Source of the DNA: Pseudomonadota bacterium
GTDB taxonomy: Bacteria; Myxococcota; JACRCW01; JAFGSX01
Length of the DNA stretch: 64,000 bases
Direction: 5' to 3'
Assembly (NCBI GenBank): GCA_043821645.1
Contig: JBDRCO010000101.1
Location: 10,204 to 74,203, forward strand
Both the position numbers and the translations under genes were made by a program. This document shows positions 28,392 to 36,054 of this stretch, in pieces (the first letter of the stretch is position 1; each line of letters starts with the position of its first letter). A model generated the notes under the pieces. The model saw nothing but the letters and a program-made list of their open reading frames with translations. It was not told the origin of the DNA and did not search any database.

Positions 28392-29732
28392 ATGCAGGAA
28401 CGAGCGGGAGATCCCTGGGCAGGGACGATGTGGACACGAGGCCTGGTCCTGGCTGGCAGTGCCGGCGCCGGGCTGGCCGCGCTGGTGCTGGTGCTGCTTC
28501 GCGTGGTCTGTGCCGAGACCACGGGCCCCCTGTGTGGTGGTCTGGCTGCGGGCCCACCCTGGCTCTTCCTGTGGCTGGTCGCGGTGACACCTGCGGGACT
28601 GGTGCTGTGGGTGCACGCTCACCGGCTGCGTGCCCGGGCCCTCGCGCTGCAGGCCGATCAGCTGGCACTGGAGAGAGAGCGCCTGCAGCTCGCACAGCAG
28701 GGGGAACAGCGTGCTCGCCAGGCACAGCTGCTCATGGACGACGAGCGCCGATCCGCGACGAGCACGTCAGGCGAGCGGGAAGCGGCCGAGCGCTTCGCGG
28801 CGAGCGTGGCCTTGCTCGGAACCGACAAGGTGGAGGCGCGCCTTGGCGCCATTTATGCCCTGGAGCTGGTCGCTCAGGACAGCGCGCGCTTCTGCGCCGT
28901 GGTGGTCGAGACCCTGGCGGCCTTCGTGCGGCAGGCTGCGCCGTTGCCGCTGACCCGCGATGGTGGGCTGACGCGCGCAGCCGAGCGACCCGGCGAGGAC
29001 GTGTCCGCGGCCCTGGCCGTGCTCGGACGTCTCCCCCGGGCTGTCCGCAGCGGAGGGAGCGGAGTGGATCTGTCCTGCACCAACCTGCGCCGTGCCAGCC
29101 TGGCCGGCGGCAACTTTGCCGGTTTCAATTTCAAACGCGCCCTTCTTCGCTGTGCAGATCTCGAAGGCGCAGACCTGCACGGGGCCAACCTGTCTTACGC
29201 CGAACTATCGGGCGATCTGCGCGAGACCGACCTGGACAAGATCGATCGCTTCGACCCGCGCTGGGTGGGGGCGAGCCTGCGCGGGGTGGATCTGCGCGGG
29301 GCTGACCTGAGCCACGCGGACCTGCGCGGGGCGCGCCTGGGAGAAGCTCGCCTGGGCCTTCTCGACGAGGCCGATGCGGGCAGCGGCGCCGAACTCTACG
29401 ATGCGGACCTGCGCTGGGCCGATCTGAGCAAGGCCGACCTCGCCGGGGCGCGGCTCATGGCCGCCAAGCTCCGCAGCGCCAACCTGAGCGAGGCCAGCCT
29501 GCAGCGCGCCAATCTGAGCAAGGCGGTGCTCGTCGACGCCAACCTGCAGCGCTGTGATCTGCTCGAAGCCAACCTGACCCGGGCCGACCTGACCGGGGCT
29601 CGACTGCGCGGGGTCGCGGGCCTGCTGGCCAAGCAGCTCGAGTCCGCCAGCAGCTACGCCCGGGCCGAGCTCGACGACAGCTTGGCCCAGCGCCTCAAGG
29701 ACCGCCTCCCCACGCCCGCCGAGCCCGGTTGA
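28392..29732 (+). CDS. Membrane-anchored pentapeptide-repeat protein.
   Basis: Two N-terminal TM helices, a coiled-coil region ('LALQADQLALERERLQLAQQ') and a long C-terminal array of A(D/N)LxxA(D/N)Lxx pentapeptide repeats ('GADLHGANLSYAELSGDLRETDL...'). Confidence 0.7.
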   Translation: MQERAGDPWAGTMWTRGLVLAGSAGAGLAALVLVLLRVVCAETTGPLCGGLAAGPPWLFLWLVAVTPAGLVLWVHAHRLRARALALQADQLALERERLQLAQQGEQRARQAQLLMDDERRSATSTSGEREAAERFAASVALLGTDKVEARLGAIYALELVAQDSARFCAVVVETLAAFVRQAAPLPLTRDGGLTRAAERPGEDVSAALAVLGRLPRAVRSGGSGVDLSCTNLRRASLAGGNFAGFNFKRALLRCADLEGADLHGANLSYAELSGDLRETDLDKIDRFDPRWVGASLRGVDLRGADLSHADLRGARLGEARLGLLDEADAGSGAELYDADLRWADLSKADLAGARLMAAKLRSANLSEASLQRANLSKAVLVDANLQRCDLLEANLTRADLTGARLRGVAGLLAKQLESASSYARAELDDSLAQRLKDRLPTPAEPG

Positions 29733-29913
29733 ATCGACCGAAATCCCGGCTTGTCGACGTGGCGAGTGCCTGGTCTCTCGACCAGGCCGGGGAGGGCGTG
29801 TCGTGGAGCCCAAAAAAAACGAAGCGAGGCGGTGAAGACCGAAGCGAGCACATCGGTCACAGCAAGAGGTTCCTGCGCCGCAGTCGGTGGATGTTCCCAC
29901 CAGGCACCGGGGT

Positions 29914-30969
29914 TCAGGGGCGCGGCTCGTCTGTTCCCGGGTCCGCGGGCTCCAGGTCTTCGCAGCCGAGCAGGACCGGGGTGCCGTCGAGGGTGTAGCT
30001 GTCCTGGCACAGCTCAACCTCACCCTCGAACAGCGTGCAGTTCACCACCTCGGCCTCGGCCATGCAGTCGTAGGACCAGGTGCCGTCGCTGCAGTGCTGC
30101 CACACCAGGTTGTCCGAGCCATCGAACAGGACCTCGCACTGGGTCTCGCCATCGTCGTAGAGACACAGCGCGCCGCCATCGTCCTGTGGCGTGCATGACT
30201 GCATGACGTCATCAGGGATGTTCTCCTCGCCACGATCATCAGGCTCGTCGACGTAGGCCTCGCAGCCGAGATCGAGGGGCTCCCCTTCCGGGGTGTAGCT
30301 GTCCTGACACAGCAGTTCGCCGTCGACCACCAGATCGCACAGGATGACGCCCTGCTGCGCCAGGCAGTCGTAATTCCAGCTGCCGTCGCTGCACTGCTGG
30401 CTCAGGAAGCTGTCGTCGGGGGCGAACCACACTTCGCACTGCACGACGCCATCGTCATACAGGCAGAGGGTGGTGCCGTCGCTCTGCGGTTCGCAGTTCT
30501 CCACCGGATCCAGGATGTCATCGTCGCAGGTGCTCGAGGAGAGCTGGTACTCCAGATCATAGGTGTCGACGCAACTGCCGCGTTCGCTGGTCAGGGTGCA
30601 GGTGATCTGCGCACCGCCGTTGAGGCAACTGTACTGGCCCCAGGGTCCACTGCACTCCTGAGCGAGCAGCAGCTCATCCGCGTCGACGGTGTAGCTGCAC
30701 AGGGTGCCGGCGCCGTCGTCCCACAGGCAGTCCCAGCCTCCGCCGTCCCGCGCTGTGCACTCCTCGCCACTGCCTGCTGCATCCTCCGTGGTGTCGCCCT
30801 CGCCGCCGACCCCGAAGCGGCTGGTCCCGATCGGAGCGATCCCAGGAGCGGCCACGCCTGGCCCCACCGTTCCGTCGTCGCCGGTGGGATCGCACGCGGG
30901 CATGCACAGCACCATGCCCGCGATGGGTAGCAAGGTGAGTGCGGAGAACACAGGTCGAGTCTGGGTCAT
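29914..30969 (-). CDS. Cys-rich lipoprotein made of three tandem repeats of about 95 aa, unknown family.
   Basis: Signal with lipobox 'VLCMPAC'. Three repeats matching 'CxPQxDGxxLCLYDDGxxQCEVxFxxDxxLxxQxCSDGxWxYDCxAxxxVxxCxLxxxGExxLCQDSYTxxGxPxxLGCE'. The repeat is visible at the DNA level. Confidence 0.65.
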   Translation of the reverse strand: MTQTRPVFSALTLLPIAGMVLCMPACDPTGDDGTVGPGVAAPGIAPIGTSRFGVGGEGDTTEDAAGSGEECTARDGGGWDCLWDDGAGTLCSYTVDADELLLAQECSGPWGQYSCLNGGAQITCTLTSERGSCVDTYDLEYQLSSSTCDDDILDPVENCEPQSDGTTLCLYDDGVVQCEVWFAPDDSFLSQQCSDGSWNYDCLAQQGVILCDLVVDGELLCQDSYTPEGEPLDLGCEAYVDEPDDRGEENIPDDVMQSCTPQDDGGALCLYDDGETQCEVLFDGSDNLVWQHCSDGTWSYDCMAEAEVVNCTLFEGEVELCQDSYTLDGTPVLLGCEDLEPADPGTDEPRP

Positions 30970-31200
30970 GGCGGACTCCTCGGCAGACCTCGATGGAGGT
31001 CAAGGTTCGACGCCGGCAACAGATCGCGGTGTGTGCAATCTGCGCCCCTGCGCCACGGGGTCTCGTGCTGTGCACCCCCCCGACCCGGGCGGGCACGTTG
31101 TTGCCTTGATAGTGCGCCGCGCAGGTGCGGGTGTTCACGCTGCGCGTGCTCAGAGGTCTTTTTTTTCTGGCAGACGGGCTCTGTCAGGTCCGATCGAGGC

Positions 31201-31992
31201 TCAGGACCGCGACCAGGGCGCCTCTGGCAGGCCCTCGATCAGCGCCTCGGCCTGCGCCACGATGCTGTCCACCATGGCCTGGCCGTAGGGCAGGGAAGCC
31301 CGGCGCGCGTCGCCCATGCACCCATTGCGGGTGAGCTGATCAAAGGGCAGCGGGATATCGAGGGCCTTGCGCCGGACCAGGGGCACCACGAGATCCCGCA
31401 GCGTGTGCAGGGGTCCTGGCTCCATGGCAGCCAGGGCCTCGCTGCGCACCAGTTTTGGCTGCAGCACCATGGCCAGGCTGACCTCCATGCCGCAAGCATG
31501 TCCACCTTGTCCGCTGTCGTCGAAGCGCCGATCGATCTCGGGATCGTACATGTTGTAGTACGTGCAGACAGCCACCAGGTCGGGGTTCAGCTCGCGCTGG
31601 ATCGACGTGCAGGCGGCGTTGAGGGTGCCGATGTTGCCGCCGTGGCCGTTGACCAGCAGAAAGCGACGCAGCCCGTGGTGCATCAAGGAGGCGATGACGT
31701 CGTGCACCAGCGCCTGCAAGGTCGACTCGCGAAGGGTCACGGTGCCTGGAAAACCCATGTGATGGGGTGAGATCCCGAAGGGGATGGCGGGCGTGACCAG
31801 CAGGCGTGGCCGCAAGTTGTTCTCGAGGCGCAGGCAGACCGCTCGCGCCAGGTCCGCGTCACAGGCCAGTTCGAGGTTGGGGCCGTGTTGCTCGCAGGAG
31901 CCCACCGGGATCAGCACCAGTTCCACCTTGGGCAGGATGTCCTGGATCTCGGGCCAGGTCAGGCGCTCGAGCAGCGCCGGGCGATCGGACAT
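31201..31992 (-). CDS. Creatininase / creatinine amidohydrolase family protein.
   Basis: Family motifs 'LIPVGSCEQHGPNLEL' and 'FLLVNGHGGN', and length about 260 aa. Confidence 0.75.
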   Translation of the reverse strand: MSDRPALLERLTWPEIQDILPKVELVLIPVGSCEQHGPNLELACDADLARAVCLRLENNLRPRLLVTPAIPFGISPHHMGFPGTVTLRESTLQALVHDVIASLMHHGLRRFLLVNGHGGNIGTLNAACTSIQRELNPDLVAVCTYYNMYDPEIDRRFDDSGQGGHACGMEVSLAMVLQPKLVRSEALAAMEPGPLHTLRDLVVPLVRRKALDIPLPFDQLTRNGCMGDARRASLPYGQAMVDSIVAQAEALIEGLPEAPWSRS

Positions 31993-32046
31993 GTTTCACC
32001 TCCGGTTCGCGGGTATGGCCGAGGTCGACAAGAAGCGCCCCGACCG

Positions 32047-32745
32047 TCACAGGAATTCGTACAGCGGGATCAGCGCCACGCCGGCCATGGCGGGGATGCG
32101 CGCCTGGAGCCCGACCGAGAGGGACCACACCTGGCCGCGCTCCAGCACTTGCCACGAGCCTCCCGCGACCACGCCCACTCCCACCTCGCCCCAGGCCCAG
32201 CCAAACAGCGCGCCGTCCTCGGAGGCCTCGGCCACGGGCTCGGCGTCGTCGAGAAAAGTGGTCCAGTCCAGGGCCAGAGACAGGCTACCTCCACCGCCAC
32301 CAGCGAGTCCGGCATCCGCCACAGGCAACAGCAGGTCGGCGCTGGCGAGCACGCCCAGGCGCAGTCCGTCGCTGTCCAGGCGCCGGATCCAGGGGTAGTA
32401 GCCGAACTCGACAAAGGCTCCGTGTCTCGGCAGCTGTGCACTGAAGGGATCTGGATAGCGCAGCAGGTATCCCAGGCCGAGTTCGTAGGGCCTGTCCCTG
32501 AAAGAGCGCAGGGCTTGCAACGGATTCACCGCGGCACGCAGTTCGAGGTCAGGGTGCCCCGGGTGGTTCAGCTGCTTCTGTCCCGGGGCCTGCCAGGCCA
32601 CAGGCATGCTCGCGCTCACACTCAGGCGACCGGGCGGAGCGACCATGGGTATGGGCACGCAGGCCTCGAACAGCAGGGCGCAGGCGGCCACAGCGACGGC
32701 TGCCATATGGTGCAAGACAGGACGGTGGCACAGCATGGCACCCAT
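32047..32745 (-). CDS. Hypothetical exported protein.
   Basis: N-terminal hydrophobic 'MAAVAVAACALLFEAC' signal-like segment with an alternative internal start near 32706. Gly/Trp-rich C-terminus. High GC3. Confidence 0.45.
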   Translation of the reverse strand: MGAMLCHRPVLHHMAAVAVAACALLFEACVPIPMVAPPGRLSVSASMPVAWQAPGQKQLNHPGHPDLELRAAVNPLQALRSFRDRPYELGLGYLLRYPDPFSAQLPRHGAFVEFGYYPWIRRLDSDGLRLGVLASADLLLPVADAGLAGGGGGSLSLALDWTTFLDDAEPVAEASEDGALFGWAWGEVGVGVVAGGSWQVLERGQVWSLSVGLQARIPAMAGVALIPLYEFL

Positions 32746-32861
32746 GCTAACCCCGGCTGGTCCCGGACCAAAGTGCAGCTCGTCACTCGACGCTCGTGGG
32801 TGTCGGCACTATGTTGAGCCCGGTCCTCGGGACTTCGCGAGATCTCAGCCAGGGAGAAACC

Positions 32862-33779
32862 ATGTCACTCGTCGCACTTTTCATGGGCAAGGGCCCCAAT
32901 GGCTTTGGAAATGGGAGCACGGCCGAGGAGGTGACCGAGGGCCTGGATCTGAGCGGCAAGACCTACCTGCTCACAGGCTGCAACTCGGGCATCGGCCTCG
33001 AGAGCCTGCGCGTGCTAGGCCTGCGCGGTGCACACGTCATCGCCGCGGCGCGAACCGAGGACAAGGCACGTGCTGCCCTCGAGCAGACTGGGACCGCGGG
33101 CACGCCTGTGGCCTGTGAGCTGTCCGAGCCTGCGTCAGTGAGGGCTGCGGTGGAGCAGGTGCGCGCCCTGCGGCGGCCCCTCGACGCCATTCTGTGCAAT
33201 GCGGGTATCATGGCCTTGCCCAAGCGCGAGCTGCAGCACGGCTACGAGGCGCAGTTCTTCACCAACCACATCGGTCACTTCATCCTGGTGACCGGGCTCC
33301 TCGATCAGCTCACCAGCGACGGACGCGTCGTCATGGTCAGCAGCTCGGCGCACCGGACGGCACCGGCCCAGGGCATCGAGTTCGACAATCTCGACGCCAG
33401 CAAGAGCTATGGCGCCTTCCGCAACTACGGACAGGCCAAGCTGGCCAACCTGCTGTTTGCCCGGCAGCTGGCTCGCAGGTTCCAGGGCAGCGGGCGAACC
33501 GCCTTCGCGGTGCATCCTGGGGTCATCCCGACCAACCTCGCGCGGCACATGAATCCGGTCGCGGCAGTGGGCATGGCCGTGGTGGCTCCCTTGTTCATGA
33601 AGTCGGCAGCCCAGGGTGCTGCCACCCAGATCTACGTCGCCACGGGCAGCGTGGACCCGAGCCAATCTGGCAGTTACTTCGCGGACTGCAATCCGGCCAG
33701 GCCAGCGCGCCAGGGGCAGGACGATGCCCTGGCGGAGAAGCTGTGGCAGGTGAGCGAGCAGATCGCGGCGAGCGTGTAG
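32862..33779 (+). CDS. Short-chain dehydrogenase/reductase (SDR).
   Basis: 'TGCNSGIG' cofactor-binding motif, 'NAG' and the catalytic 'YGQAKLAN' (YxxxK). GGGAGA lies upstream of the ATG. Confidence 0.8.
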   Translation: MSLVALFMGKGPNGFGNGSTAEEVTEGLDLSGKTYLLTGCNSGIGLESLRVLGLRGAHVIAAARTEDKARAALEQTGTAGTPVACELSEPASVRAAVEQVRALRRPLDAILCNAGIMALPKRELQHGYEAQFFTNHIGHFILVTGLLDQLTSDGRVVMVSSSAHRTAPAQGIEFDNLDASKSYGAFRNYGQAKLANLLFARQLARRFQGSGRTAFAVHPGVIPTNLARHMNPVAAVGMAVVAPLFMKSAAQGAATQIYVATGSVDPSQSGSYFADCNPARPARQGQDDALAEKLWQVSEQIAASV

Positions 33780-33783
33780 CGGT

Positions 33784-34692
33784 TCAACTCAGGACGCGAT
33801 TCCAGGCCAGAACCGAGACCAGAGCGGCAAGTTGCGCTGCCAGGGCAGCACGATCGATGTCCAGCGGGCAGTTCAGGCGAGCGGCCTCGGCCACGGCGAT
33901 CAGTTCCTGGTAGAAGCCTCTCAGCGCGTGGGTGGCATGCCGGCGCTGCGAGGGGTCTGACCACAGGTCCACGGCGTCGACGACATCGTCGCGCAGCTCG
34001 GTGAGCACCTCGTGCAGGGGGCAGCGCGGCCCGGTAGCGCGGCGTCCGCGCAGGGCACGATCGACCATGATGAGCAAATCGTCGCGGTCGTGGCGCGCTG
34101 ACTGCCAGCCTCCATCACGGCTGAGCTGCAGGTACTCTGGGGTCAGCACCCAGGCTGGCTTTCGTCCATTGCGTCCGATGAGGATGGCAAAGAACTGCGC
34201 GGGCTCGAGCTCGGTCTCGCCCTCCACGGCGTGGCTGCTGCGAGCCGGATCGTTCCAGCAGCGCCGGCGCAGATGCTGAACGGTCCACTCCGAGAAGCAG
34301 CGCTTGCGGTCCAGGCTATCCATGATCACGAACTTGTCGTCGCGGTGCGCGAGGACCGCGATCCAGTGCTCGAAGTGTCGGGTGAGCACGAGCGCGGGCA
34401 GCTGCTTGTCCAGGTGCTCGGCCAGCTCGGCCGCCCAGCGGCCACCCCAGGATCGTCGCGTCTGCTTGAGCTCGCGGCTTCCCACATCATAGTGGCGCGC
34501 CGCGCGTTGCAGGTCGTGCTCGTCGACGCCCCGGAACTCGCGATCGCTGCGCCACGGGTGTCCGGTGGCGCGTGCCACCTGCTGTGCCGAGGCCTCAATG
34601 CCCAGGACCCGCAGGCAGGTTGCCAGTGCGGTGGGGCCACAGCCATTGGTCAGCTGGTACTCGGACAGGTGATCAAAAGGTTCACTGGCCAC
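33784..34692 (-). CDS. Protein with an N-terminal C39-like / BtrH-N-like papain-fold cysteine peptidase domain.
   Basis: N-terminal 'LTNGCGPTALATCLRVLG' (C39-like 'CGPxA' catalytic Cys context) with downstream His/Asp candidates ('FEHWIAVLAHRDD'). Confidence 0.5.
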   Translation of the reverse strand: MASEPFDHLSEYQLTNGCGPTALATCLRVLGIEASAQQVARATGHPWRSDREFRGVDEHDLQRAARHYDVGSRELKQTRRSWGGRWAAELAEHLDKQLPALVLTRHFEHWIAVLAHRDDKFVIMDSLDRKRCFSEWTVQHLRRRCWNDPARSSHAVEGETELEPAQFFAILIGRNGRKPAWVLTPEYLQLSRDGGWQSARHDRDDLLIMVDRALRGRRATGPRCPLHEVLTELRDDVVDAVDLWSDPSQRRHATHALRGFYQELIAVAEAARLNCPLDIDRAALAAQLAALVSVLAWNRVLS

Positions 34693-35011
34693 GACGCTCT
34701 ACCTGTTCAGTGTCGGGAGCACGGTGTGCACCCGCACTCGACCATCCAAAAATGAGACGGGCGCCGCGTCCGGGCCCTGGCCTGGGCGCTAGTGCTCCCA
34801 CTTCCTGTGCGCGACGTCGAGCAACTTTTGGACAGGTCGTTGCATCCCTGTCATGGCTGGCCCAGATCCGTTCTTTCGGGGCCAGCAGGCTCGAGTCGAG
34901 GCGCCCATACCAGGTCTGGAAGAATGTAGTAACCATACAGAATAAAAGGAGAATACTTAGTTTCTTGTGACATCACTCCTGGCTTCTTGGCGGAGCAGGG
35001 CAGAAATCAAG

Positions 35012-35039
35012 TTGCGTCCAGATATTGTCTCAATAAATA
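35012..35039 (+). promoter_or_regulatory. Candidate sigma70-type promoter in an AT-rich island upstream of the SOUL gene.
   Basis: TTGCGT (35012-35017), a 16-nt spacer, then TAAATA (35034-35039), about 27 nt upstream of the ATG at 35067. It sits in an unusually AT-rich segment of about 130 bp (34915-35045). Confidence 0.3.
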
Positions 35040-35066
35040 AGGACAACACCCGGACAGGAGTGAAGC

Positions 35067-35828
35067 ATGACCACCACCAACTTTCGTCGACCCATCGTCC
35101 TGGCCCTGGCGGCTGTCGCCGGTGTGGTCGCGTGGAGGCCTGCCATGGCCATCGAGGAACCCCGCTACACCGTCCTGCAGAGCAGCGATCAGTTCGAGAT
35201 CCGGCGCTATAGCCCCTACGTGGTCGCCGAGGTCGAGGTCCAGGGAGATTTCGAGGAGGCGGGCAGCCGCGGCTTTGGCCCCCTGGCCGACTACATCTTT
35301 GGCAACAACGTGGCCAACCAGGACACCGAGGTGCCAGGCTCGGGGAGGGCTGAGGGTCCCGGCGAACGCCTGGCCATGACCTCGCCGGTGCTGCAGCAAG
35401 AACGCGACGGTGAGAAGATCGAAATGACAGCGCCTGTCATGCAGCAGGACGTTCCGGGAAGGCGCCTGGTCCGCTTCGTCATGCCGGGCAGCCGCAGCCT
35501 GGCGACCCTTCCGACACCACGAAACCCACGCGTGCAGCTGCTCCAGGTGCCGGGAGACACCTACGCCGTGATCCGCTACAGCGGGCGCTGGACCGCAGAT
35601 AACTACAACAAGCACCTGGACGAATTGAGACGGGAGATCCGCGCCCGCGGTTTCGAGGAGACAGGGACAGCGCAGTGGGCGCGTTACAATGCTCCCTACA
35701 CACCGTGGTTTCTACGACGCAACGAGATCCTGGTGCCGGTGCGCTCACCGGCCAGCGGAAAAGCGACCCTGTCGCGCCCTGCGCCGCAGGCTCTCGACGC
35801 GATAAGCGCTGAACGCAGCGACGGTTGA
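35067..35828 (+). CDS. SOUL heme-binding family protein, exported.
   Basis: Signal peptide. SOUL/HBP features 'IEEPRYTVL', 'FEIRRYSPYVVAEV', 'GFGPLADYIFGNN', 'IEMTAPV' and 'AVIRYSGRWTADNYNKHLDELRREI'. AGGAG lies 6 nt upstream of the ATG. Confidence 0.7.
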   Translation: MTTTNFRRPIVLALAAVAGVVAWRPAMAIEEPRYTVLQSSDQFEIRRYSPYVVAEVEVQGDFEEAGSRGFGPLADYIFGNNVANQDTEVPGSGRAEGPGERLAMTSPVLQQERDGEKIEMTAPVMQQDVPGRRLVRFVMPGSRSLATLPTPRNPRVQLLQVPGDTYAVIRYSGRWTADNYNKHLDELRREIRARGFEETGTAQWARYNAPYTPWFLRRNEILVPVRSPASGKATLSRPAPQALDAISAERSDG

Positions 35829-36054
35829 GTCGCGGAGCTCGACTAAGCGCCCATCAAGAGGAGACCCGGATCCGTCTCGAAGGTCCCCGCTGCTGCCTCA
35901 TCCGTTCGCGGACAAACTCCATTTTTTTGCCTGCCTCTGCTGGGCCAGGAGCAAGCCACGTCCGCGCATGCCATGGCGGCTTGGCCCGGACAGGAGCCGG
36001 GACTAGACTGGATGCGCGTTCCCTGGTGACCTGACGAGGAGTGTGGCCTCACGC

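Noticed and set aside
34851-34973. A 40-codon minus-strand ORF (MSQETKYSPFILYGYYILPDLVW...) in the AT-rich island.
   Set aside because: The SD-to-ATG spacing is about 3 nt. Codon usage is AT-rich, unlike every confident gene here. No conservation evidence is available.
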